From assembly GCA_000934665.2 (NCBI GenBank), contig KZ538119.1, positions 1-64,000 on the forward strand: 64,000 nt of DNA. Reading direction: 5' to 3'. The position numbers and the translations under genes are program-made. The notes under the pieces were generated by a model, which saw nothing but the letters and a program-made list of their open reading frames with translations, had not been told where the DNA came from and searched no databases. Positions 11,561 to 22,809 of this stretch are shown here, piece by piece. This DNA is from Catajapyx aquilonaris (Eukaryota). Each line of letters begins with the position of its first letter. Position 1 is the first letter of the stretch.

Positions 11561-14500
11561 TCATTTCCTGCCTTCTCGGCTGATGAGTAACTCTTGGAGA
11601 CCCATGTGACCCCTGTGCTCCCACAGCCTGAATCGGGCAAGGTCCTTCCGGGTGACCATCCCAACCACTTCATTGTCGTCATCTACCACCACTAGATGTC
11701 GTAGTCCCAAAGCACGGAACAGAGCAAATATGCGAGGCAGTGATGCACTCTGTAAAACATAGATGCACTTGTTAACTATATGGTACTTTATAAACACTGG
11801 ATGGAATTTTTGACTGCTTAGTTAGCTTAGTTAGCAGTAACTAGCAGTGGGATGAAAATTCAACACACTATGACTAACTGTAAGTGAAAGTAGAGTGTGA
11901 GAATTATTTTGCACTAAATGAGCAAAACAAAAAGAGGAAGCCTTGAGCATTTGTGCTGCATTTTGTCCTGACCAAATGCGAGATTTTCATTCAAAATCCA
12001 ACTGCAACTAACGTTTTTCTTACAAGGGTACACGCTGCTTGAAATCTCATTGTGGTCTTAGACCTACTTGGACAACTGCAGGTATATCACTAGCAAAAGT
12101 TATAAATTGGTGGTAACAATTACTTAACAATAAGCAACTCCTCAGTGGAACATTTTGTAACCATATTGCACAGACCAAATGCAGCACTGCAGATTTGTTG
12201 TAATCAGTGAAAAAACACCCTTGTAATCACAAAACTTACTGCTGCGACAGAATATGGAGACTGGTTCATGAAGGGCCTCAGGTCAATGGTGAAGTGCATC
12301 TCTGTTGGAGACACCAATATTTGCTCCACTACTGGATACCTTGGATATGCATCTCGGAATGTCTCAACAGATATGGTGGATTGCCACTCCTCTGAGTTCT
12401 GCTCATAAATCTTGTGTTGCAGCAATACAATTAACTGCCATCGAAGAATCAGGCCTCGGAACCGGCCACATGTACGAGAAGATGAATGGTGAGTTGCATC
12501 TCCACTGAACCTGGAAGAAAGGAGTGTTAAATTTGGCCAGACCAGCTTGGCTGTGCAATGTGTTCCAATTCAAATGTCAGGAGCAGTCAGTGATTTAGTA
12601 TTTTGCTCCTAAGCTACTTATTATAAAGCAGTTATCCTTTTCCCAGTAGTGGAGAGTGGGTAAAGGAAGTGAGGTGATTCTGTACATGGAGCAAGTCTGT
12701 ACACCAGGGATATCTCAGTTATAAAATAGTCACTAGCTGTTAGTGGCATATCACATTGTGCCAGGTATTCCTGCTCTCGAGTCTAGAGAAGGAAAGAGCA
12801 GCCAAACTGAGTTTCACACTTTCAGATAACATTACTAGGCAAAACTGCCACTGAAAATAATTGGCATAGCAAGAAGGATCCTGGTATGTCCTAAGTCAGG
12901 CTTATTTTTTGCCAGTTTTTGTTATTTTAAAATTGTGTCTAAATATACATACGGTATGATTGCATGCAAAACTGCCACACTGAAACTGCAAAGTTTTGCA
13001 GCCCACATCTTTGGATATGCCAAATATAAATTGTCTGCTGTGTTTAAATGATCATTTAAAAAGGTACTACCTGTGTAGACCACTGCTACTGTCTGGATCA
13101 ACCACAGGAAATCCATTGAAGGTCTCGGATTTGAGCACATCAACAATCCTCTGGACCGTCTCTCTTGATCTAAGTGCCACCACTGGACAGCTCATCACTT
13201 CTGTTGCTAAAATGTTCCCTGAGAGTGGAGGTGGTTCCCAAGGCAGGATTGGCACTCCTGCCAGCTGGATGTGGATGTCATATAACCCTTCATTGAAGAA
13301 GTCTCCAACAAACTTTGCCAGCATTAAAACAAACATAAGAGGAAGCCCCATCTCCAAAGAACCGGTGGACTCCATTAAAATCACAGTTAAACTAATGGTC
13401 ATACGAACAACCCCACCCAGCTGCGCAGCAGCACCAATTAAAGCGTAACGTCCAGGATTTACACCATATTTTGGGAATAATGCACCCATGCCCACACCCA
13501 CCAGTCGTCCCCACGCTGCACCAATCAATAATGTGGGTATAAAAAGTCCACTAGATATGCTTAGTCCATAGGTCCAACAGCCAAGCACAAAGTACAGCAA
13601 GGCAAAAACCAGAAGAGTGTACCACTGGAAAGTTCCAGTAGGGTCATGGAAAAGGGTTCGCACCCCAGACTCTGGATTGTCAAACCAGAGAGAAGCCATG
13701 ACATTGTACTGTCCATCAGGGCAAAAGAGTTGTACTGGATAGGCTGCAGTTGCATTGGTTGAAGTGCGGCAGTCTGGCACCAACAGAATGCTGCCAAATG
13801 CCAAAGTTGCTGTAACTGTAGCAACAATAACTGCTTCCAGGACTTTGGCCCAACTTTTGTACACATATCTGAAATAATAAAAGTGTATGTCAAGAGCCTT
13901 CACTTTCATTCAAATGTATACATTTTATACAGGGTGTAAATCCTAAGCATGTCACCAGAAAATATGGTGGTGGAGGGCGCAGGTGTGAGCATTTTTGCAT
14001 AAGGAACTAGGGGACGGAAACGCGCCTGCCAAGCCCCTCACCCACTCATCCGCCGCGTGCCGCATGCCTCTTGCACACTGCCTGCCGAAAACTTGAAAGG
14101 GGCTTAACTCGGTGAGGGTGCGTTTCCGAACCCTAGTTCCTTATGCAAAAATGCTCACACCTGCGCCCTCTACCACCATCTTTTCTGGTGACACGCTTAG
14201 GATTTACACCCTGTATAATCTCATTTCAACTAGATCCCAAATAAAGCTAGCAAAAAAGATATTCGTAAAATTTTTAAATGATAAACCCAGTAGTAATGAA
14301 TTGTTACAATGTGTTATCCCATATTCAAACCTTGCACAAAGTGAAAGTGCAATGTGACTTATTTTTATGTTGCATAACAAACATCGCATCCATCAAGAGA
14401 TACTGCTAGATTTCATAAAATCTGAACTCACTAAATCATAGGTTGTCATAACTTGACTACTTTGCTGCCTTGTAATTCATTACATTGCAGTACAGGTTTG

Positions 14501-16999
14501 AACTTTCAAGAGCAAACTAACCTGATGCGAAGTATAGTGAGTTTGAAGTTGAGGTAGTTGTACAGAGCACCCAGGAGCCCTCCAAGTGCACCCATCACCA
14601 AAAACACAGGTATCTCCTCCACATCATAGTTGACACCATCAAATCTCCCAAAGTTAAGCAACCCTGCATAGACCAAATCTCCTGCATGGCCATGGTAGGA
14701 ACTGAGGACCAAGTTGAGTGTAAAGGCAGACACCATCGACCCAAAAAATATCTTCCATGTCAGCCCTTGATTCCAGAAGCTAGCTCCTTCTTCAAGACTG
14801 AACAAGACTCCACCTATAGGAGCCCCAAAGGCAGCAGCAACTCCAGCTGCTGCTCCAGCTGATACAAAATCACGTTTCTCATGGTCATCTCGAAAGTAGC
14901 GAAACAAGTACAGGTCACGATGAAAGGTTGTGCTTTTGCCTTGGGAAACACCTGCTGCAATCACAGCTCCTGAGTGTATCATAGGCCCTTCCTGCATAAA
15001 AAACAAATTCACAATGTGTCGGGTAAATAATATAAAGGGCTTTCCAAAAGGTTATATCCTATTTTGAAATAATAGAGGGAGACGGAGTGGCGCCGCGGTA
15101 ACGCGCGCGCCCACGGAAGTGAAGGTCCCGGGTTCAATCCCCACCCGGGGTTCCCACCTTCTTTCGTGCAGAGTTGGGCCATCTCTGGCTTCGTTTCGGG
15201 TGGCAATTTCCGATAGACTAAGCCACCCGGGGGAGTTCACAAAATGACCACTACTCGACAGCGCACACGCACTTTGCACATCCCCTCCTAACAACCTTGG
15301 AGCATAATAATAAGATCCTTCTTAACACGCTCCAAAAAATAATTCCGATGGTGGTAATCCACCCCCCATATATGCGCAATAGATATGGGGTAATGCAAAA
15401 AAAAAAAAAAAAAAAAAATGAAATAATAGTTTTGAATGGGAGGTGATTTAATCTGAAACACACTTTTTATGTCAGCTACATTCTCCAAGATTTTAACTGC
15501 GTGTGTTCCATGTTTATGTCACTTGTCACGTGGCAGATACACTAACTAAGATCGTTCCTTCGTTTAACAGACTTTACTTCCTGATCATCACGCATAGCTT
15601 CAAAGCCAAATTTTGGACCAACACATATGTTACATGCAATACTCTTCCTTTTCATGCATTTCATAACATGCGTAACTATAGTATACACAGATGAACAAAC
15701 CTTTCCAACAGCAAGTCCTCCAGCAACAGAGAGTGCAACACCAATAGCCTTTATGACGAGTGTCTTAAAGCGGACAACATGTGGAACTTTCACCCCATTG
15801 AGGTAGCACTTAACCAGAGGGATTCCACTACCTGCAGCTGCTGGCTGTTGGGAATATAACACAACTATTATAATTTTCATCTCTTCCTTGTCAAGACATT
15901 GTGTAAATTCACACCAACTGCTCACTCACCTCCCCATAGCTAACCATAATGGACCCAATGCACACAGGAATCGCATTCATGGCCATCCAGAGCAGGCACG
16001 GAGATATCAGGCAGTTCCTCAAGGTACAGTAGTCAACAACTGAATCAAGCCAGTCAAGTTGATCATGTGTTTCACAGAAGGGCCTCAAGGATCTTATTTG
16101 TTACTTCAGTCATTCTTTTCATAGCTACCAACACCATCATCATTATTGGTTTGTTGTTATTCTTACACTTTCAATGTATGTCCTACCAAATTTTCTTGAT
16201 TATGTAATAGGAGTATTAACAATGGCCTGCCACATTGGTGGAGTCAATTAATGATGATGATTGCAAGAACTTGTTACCAACAGGAAGACGCATTTTCCCT
16301 TTACAAAGAAAGTGCATTACTTTGTCCAAAAAGTGAATATGCAGCCTTTATGAAAGGTCAACACTTCAATCCCCAATGAAGAAGGACTTCAGTACTCACA
16401 TCAGCTTCGTGCAATTAAACTGATAACTATCTATTCCAAAAGGATACAGTACTGGAGGGTTTTATACTTGACTCCTGCAAGTTCTTCTACCACCATATCA
16501 ATGCAGCAAGCAACCAGAGCAGTAAGCACACCAATTATAAATATGATGATCCAACGCATCCGGTTTTTCTTCACCATGAAGCTGTAGCCCATTGACTTTT
16601 CTTCATCCTGCTGGAGTGTGTTCTCAAATGTTTCATAATCAAGGCTCTGGAAGAAGAGAAGTTTGTCTTAAAGAGTACTTCAGAGGAGCAAGGGAGACAG
16701 AGTGGCGGTGCAGTAACGTATGCGCCCACAAATGTTAAGGTCCAGGGTTCAATCCCAGCCCGGGGACATCCCCATCATCTCGTGCAGAGTTGGGTCGTCT
16801 CTGGCTTCGTCTCGGGTAGAATTTCCATAGACTAATCCACCCGAGGGACTTCACAAAATGACATTAGCAACGACATTGCACTGCACTTTTCACATTCCTT
16901 CCTGCCATCCTGCCCGTGAGCCCTGGCGCTTCGAAAATGGTTCCAACATGTACGCATACGCAATGCACAATTGTATTATTATTGTTATTGTTATTGTTA

Positions 17000-17036
<37 letters not shown>

Positions 17037-19376
17037 GGATAAGTAATGTAACATGTGAAAACCTTGCCTTATACCACCATGCTGGTATCGCCATCAGATC
17101 ATGCATTTCTAAAAACTGGTCAACCTCGACTACACCAGCATGCCGCTTTATGAGAGGTAATACGGTATAAGGACAATCAAATAGAAACTTTTTAAGTCTC
17201 TCTCAACACTTTTTTATTTGTCCCTGGCCCATGTAAACATGCTTGTCCTCGAGTTATTTAGATATCATAATGTACCTAGGTCTGTGTACTTTGTGATTTG
17301 ATGTTTAGTGATCAGCTGATCTATGTGGTTCCCTTCCTGGGACGTAAACAATAGTACATGCTGGAAAAAGCTGTTCAAGGTAAAATTAGAACTACAACAA
17401 ATCCATCACAATCAATCATGACGTGACTCAGCCTAATTTGTGCCCTAAACCCTTCTCTACAGAGACATGCAGAGATCAGGTACGTCTAGTTGCAGATGAT
17501 AATTTTAGGCTGGAAAATATTTAACCCCACCCAGCTGCTTCCCCACTCAAATAAGGCTCTATAATACCTGAAATAATGTAGTTTCAAAATAAAAGCACAC
17601 TTTCTGATCCATAGCTATGCCACTGGCAAATCAATTCGTCTTCACAGATGCAATTTCAAACTATATTAAAGCTCAATATACTCCCGAGGCATCACTCTGA
17701 AAATTCGCTACTGTTCCTATATGTGTACACTAATTGCAATTAAATACAATTCTGCAAGAGGCATACTTCACCTCATATTTGGCTGAAAGAAGATTCAATT
17801 CTGTGGGCTGGTCTGGATGTGCAGATGATAAGACCCGTCTTCGCAGGCTCCCAACAAGACTGCCTGTATGATGTAGGCCTATGTTACTAGCTGTGCTGCT
17901 GGCCACTGACATTGTTGCTGAGCTCGTTGCCTCCACATCAGCATCCCTCCCACTGCTCTCGCCATTAATACTATGAGTCGGCTGTGGGAGAAGGGGAAAG
18001 ATCAGTTCAGTTACCCTCAAGAGGTGTGCAGCTGGTATGACATTCAAGTCCCTAGGCACTCAGTAATATCAATATTTTCACAAGCAACAATACTAGCCAG
18101 AGAATAATGTTGGAATCAAAATTGCAGTAATTGCGTGCACAAAAATTGAAACAATTTAGCATCACCCACATATTCCATCTATATCAATAACAAACCCATA
18201 TAATCTCAATTTACATTATTTTTATGCAAGAGTTCTATGGTGCCCACATTTACCAGTTTTCATTTTAAACCACACTGCAAGCATGAATATCAGGTCTACA
18301 GTACTTCACATTCTCACATCTCTTCCAGGATTGATTCTGTTGAGAGGCATGATAATTCTGATTGGAAGTTGTTCCTAATATTTGGCAAAGTAATGAAAAC
18401 CTACACTTGAAAGAAACAATCACATTTTTGAAGGGTAGCAAATGAAATGTGAACGTTGCGTGAATATTAACCCTTAACTACGTAGGTGGAGCCTGAGAGG
18501 CTCCAAGCACTATTTAAACGCATGTAACTTTTTCATCGAATTTTATTTTCCCCTGTCCTTCCGTGACTTTGTCAGACAAATCTTCCTAAGCATGGAAAGG
18601 AAAGAAAAAAAATCTTGGTCCCTATTGTTTGGTTTAAAAAAATTCGTAACGAGGAACAGGTCGCTCCTGGACTCTATACTGGCTCTACCTATGCAGGTGA
18701 AGACTGAGCGGCTCAAGCATAATGTAACCTTTTAATTAAGAATTTTTCCCTGTCGGAATATGCTGACTCAGCGTGTGATTTTTACGTTATCGGAAGCCTA
18801 ATGATCTGAACTGCACTTTCTGTATGTGAAAAGTCCAACATAACAATTTAGTTGATAAGCAGAAATTGAAATATACCGTTGGAGCCTCTCAGGCTCCACC
18901 TACGTAGTTAAAGGTGTTTCACACACCTACGGAGTTAAGGGTTAAGAGAGCAATGGCAAAACACACAAATGGCTTTTACTCTATGTTCACTGGCCATGTG
19001 CATGGGATTAATCATGAAGCCATAATAGCCACACTATGGCATTACAATTCAATTAAATAATACATTTGACCATTTGTTTTCTACTGTTACACAAGTAATG
19101 AAAATTGTTTTCCTTTACACTCGATTTTTTGTAGCTACCAGGCAAAAATTACAATCTGATGACACAGTACTACAAGAGAGGTTGGCCAACACAACGCCAA
19201 AGCAAGATAGGTGTAGGACCATAGATTGTCATGCATACCGAGCTGAGGGTCCCATATCTGCTCTTGTTCCTCCCACTATGATTGACTAGGGTGTTTCTGA
19301 TGGGCGTCTCCTCCGTGTGTCCCAGCAGGTCAGGAGTGGCATTGCCAGTGGCCCCCAGGGCATGGGGGCTATCCAT
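11561..19376 (-). CDS. CLCN7: CLC-7 lysosomal Cl-/H+ antiporter (canonical copy A), ~842 aa, 9 coding exons
   Basis: Exons (minus): 19376-19239, 17981-17772, 16646-16448, 16039-15930, 15844-15701, 14991-14522, 13868-13071, 12510-12240, 11749-11561; phases are consistent. Motifs [66 protein letters not shown] and [20 protein letters not shown] are typical of CLC-7. The start codon (MDSPH) is inferred. Confidence 0.93.
13930..14213. mobile_element. Tc1/mariner-type MITE with ~95-bp TIRs
   Basis: TA|cagggtgtaaatcctaagc ... gcttaggatttacaccctg|TA. Confidence 0.88.
15076..15418 (+). mobile_element. tRNA-derived SINE, family 2, poly(A)-tailed copy
   Basis: A box AGTGGCGCCGCGG, B box GGTTCAATCC, 3' stem-loop ccccatat...atatgggg, poly(A), and TSD tgaaataatag. 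Confidence 0.85.
16040..16447 (-). other. U12-type GT-AG intron, 408 nt, in CLC copy A
   Basis: Donor T|GTATCCTTTT; branch-like AACTTGAC ending 13 nt before the 3' splice junction (TTCAG|); same phase-1 position as in copy B. Confidence 0.85.
16691..17035 (+). mobile_element. tRNA-derived SINE, family 2 head with a different 3' half and (ATT)n tail
   Basis: The first ~170 nt align with 15076-15248 (to ttcacaaaatgac), then the sequence diverges and ends in an (ATT)n microsatellite at ~16975-17033. Confidence 0.75.
18471..18941. mobile_element. piggyBac-type MITE (TTAA TSD)
   Basis: TTAA|cccttaact ... agttaaggg|TTAA; an inner inverted copy ttggagcctctcaggctccacctacgtagttaa lies near the right end. 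Confidence 0.88.
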
Positions 19377-19519
19377 CTGGCCCCTGGCGACGTCCTGACT
19401 CCCCTCCGTGGCCTGTCCCTCGTCGCTCTCCACCCCCGTGCAACCAGCCTTCCCTCCGTCGACTCACAGTATGAGCCCCGAGGCCGGTTCAAATGCAGCT
19501 TGACCACCAGCTGATAAGA

Positions 19520-20010
19520 TACGCCTGGAGGTAAAGGGACCGCGTAACTGCAGCAGATAGAGCGAGTGATGGGCTGGACGCACCAGGCGCCTCTGGTCAC
19601 TTGGTCAAGGACACACACGCCCCCCTTTATTTTCCCCAATGATCGTGCCAATGACGCGGATCAAAGCCAGGTTGAAGTTAAATATCCTCCGATCCTCCCA
19701 CTGCACTGATGTAACGAGGGATGCGGGCCGCCATGACCAGACAGGATTGCCAGACGCAGGCCACAAAACCACAGTGGTCCTGCCTTATTCCTGCTGAGAT
19801 CCGCGTGGGTTTGACTCACCCGGTCAAGTGACCCGCGTCGCAAACAACACGCCATTGGACCCCTAGTAGTATTCCAAGGTCACATACCACATCCGCACGT
19901 GTTTGTAGAGAGGGAGGGAGGGAGGAAAGGGGTGGTCGATACCCAAATGACGTCACGACCGTATGTGGCGCATACGGTAGCGACCTTCACCCGCAGATGT
20001 TGTGACCACT
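19520..20010 (-). promoter_or_regulatory. CpG-rich promoter and 5'UTR exons of CLC copy A
   Basis: CpG-rich; TGACGTCA at ~19948; minus-strand donor CGG|gtgagt at 19820/19819 and acceptor cctccag| near 19525. Confidence 0.5.
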
Positions 20011-22809
20011 GCCATTCTCACAAGCTCCGGAATAATAATAAAAAAAACATGATCACGACAACTGCACCATAGAAAAAATGTGTGAAAAGTGCAGGCTCAG
20101 CATGCAATGTCATTTTTTCTGCAGTAAAAAAATTTCCTTACTTCCCATCTGCACTCCATGCCATGTTACCAAAGAGCAGCTTATTACATTTTGCCCACAC
20201 ATGAGAGGGGGGGAAATCCCAGCTGATTGCTGAGAGAGAAAAAAGCCAGTTGATTGTGAAGAGGTAACCTTCGCAATTCAAAGATATCTGTAATCTGCTC
20301 ATTCACTTACACCCTGACCTGTTTTTTTAAATATATATATATCCAATAGAGATCACCTCGTCTGTGCACACAATTCTATACAAACATTTTTCCAGGGAAT
20401 GACAATCACAAATGTACTATCTTAATATTTTGTAAACAGTGGGAATCGAGCTGCATTGAGAAATTTGTCCACACTACTAAGAAGTCCTGGTGATACCAAT
20501 GAGAGACGTCAGCAGAAAGCAAACGTAAAGATATTCTGACGCAAGATTAAAAAAGGTCTTTGCCTCAATATTTATTTACCTGTTTGGGAAACCCATTTTC
20601 CTTATTGCCACACAATCCTGACATCACAACAAGCTCACTGTGGAATAACTCGCGAAAATTTTCCAGCCTTCACGTTAGTGCTTAATTATGCCGAAGAATG
20701 ACAAAACAATACGCTGCATGGCCAATCTGTGGATGCTCCACTTCGCAGGACAGCACTGGGGTGGCAAAGTGTATGCCAGGAACATGGCCTTGCACAGAAC
20801 TGCAGAGTAAGACCCTCCTTGGGCTAGCAGCTATCAAGTCTGGTCTTTCCCATACAAAAGTGGACTCCATTGAGGAACCCTTAGGACCAAAGTCATCCCT
20901 CAGGCAACCAAAGGGTCACACAGCGCTGACATCCTCTTCCCACAGATCTTTTTGCAATAATCAGTCAAAAATAGACTCTTTCAGAGAGCCCGCCAAGAAC
21001 AAAAATAAACCTAACGACAAATTCTCGGTGGTGCATATGCACCAGTCAGGGGCTAATGACCAATATGTATCATCAGTCAATGTATATTTATTTTCCTTAA
21101 AACACTTTTCTTGCATGGGTATAAATATCAGTGAAAAAGAAATGGCTGCCTAAAAAGAGTCGTGTGATTACATTTACACAATGATTTAACAGAACAAGAA
21201 GAAAAAAAAGCTCATGACACTTGTGACTTGCATGCTAATATCAAAGGAGTGAGACTGCGTGTGAAATCACAGATGCAGTTGCGGTGGGCAGTTTAAAGTC
21301 TACATTTTAAGAATTGAGTCGTCAAGAAATTTTTGGATGTGACATTAGGATTTTGAGATTCTCAAACACACTCATGCTATTCCCAATATCTCAAGACTAG
21401 TAGTCATAGCTTTTTGCTACAGGTCAAGAATAAGGTGGTGCAAGTTTTAGATTCATTAGTTACTTGAACTAATTAAGGCCTTCTAAATATACTCATTCCA
21501 ACTACAAGCACAACACAATTAAATCCTTCATCACCTTATGTACAACCCTTATCTTTACCCTTATTGAAATTCCAATCGGACAATGGTCTCGAAGAATAAA
21601 TGGATTGATTGATTGATTGAGCTCATCCTGAGTGCTCATAACCCTTGGGTTCTCATTGATTGTCAGCAATGGGATTCTGCATGACGCATTTTATTTAGAG
21701 TTGTGTTTGGAAATACTTGTCCGGTCAGAATGACACTTGGAATGCAAAGTATGCAGAGAAAAAGCAGTGCAACTTCCAAATTGTTTGTGCCTTCCAGCAT
21801 GTACTAGACACTCAATCCATACATCACTCCCAGCTACAAACACTGCAAAAATACGTGGCAAAAAGCTTTCAGTTCTAAAGAGAACTAACATTCGCACTGT
21901 CTATCTCTCAAAGATTGTTGGCACTTCTACTACAATAGTTCCTAATGGTTACACTGGAGGCATACAATCCATGAAGGAACTTCCTAAACATGCACTGGAT
22001 CCTAGGAAAGTTCAGTAAGGGTTTTACAGTCATACATCACACAAGTCCCTAACAATTACATAAGCCAATTTTGAATTGGCTTTTCTGATCTGTACTTTGT
22101 ACTTTACATTGTTTAATAATAAGGAGAAAATTTGCCTTGGTGCATTGCTAGAGGCATGCTGGGCAGGTGGCTATAAACTAGCTGCTCCTGATGTTATTAT
22201 GAGGAGGAGGAGGGTATAATATGGTACTGTGGTCCTTGCAATTAATATGCACCTAGAAAGTACATTATTTGGAAGCCCCTGGGAAGAAGCCTAGAAAAAT
22301 TAACAAAAAATGTTGCCCACAAAAATCCGACTAGAAACAGTGAACAAAAAAGTTATGTTCTTTCACTACAATTTTGGGGGGCAAAGGAAGCAAAAACCTA
22401 CTATGCACTCTTCATTATTTTGTGTTTTATCAGTCTTGATTCTTTTTCCTACCCTCCCCTTCCTAAGGATTAAGACCAACAAAGGTGACTGCATGATAGA
22501 ATTAAAGTTGAGTTGGTGAGCAAAGGACTAGAGCTCTCTCTTCTCACTGGCATCTCCCCCTTGCACCACACACTTGAGAGGAAGCCTCAGCTGGTAGAAT
22601 ACGTCTGGCAAGTCAAGTTGCCTTTTTTTTGCTTCTCATGGGGCAGGCTTGGTGCACATGGAAGGCTCACTCTTTGATTCTTCACCACATCTGAATCCAA
22701 AAGAAAATACATTAAAGTATGTACCAGCACTTCCAAAGAAATCAACAACTCCAAAAGCTAAAAAAGACATGTAGCATGTGTAGTTTACTATGAATCATCT
22801 GGTTAAGTC

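Noticed and set aside
16858..17170. Poly-Ile/Leu/Asn ORFs
   Set aside because: Translations of the (ATT)n SINE tail.
20682..21153. ORFs between CLC copy A and the PPxY gene
   Set aside because: No recognisable domains or splice framework; more likely 3'UTR or intergenic sequence.
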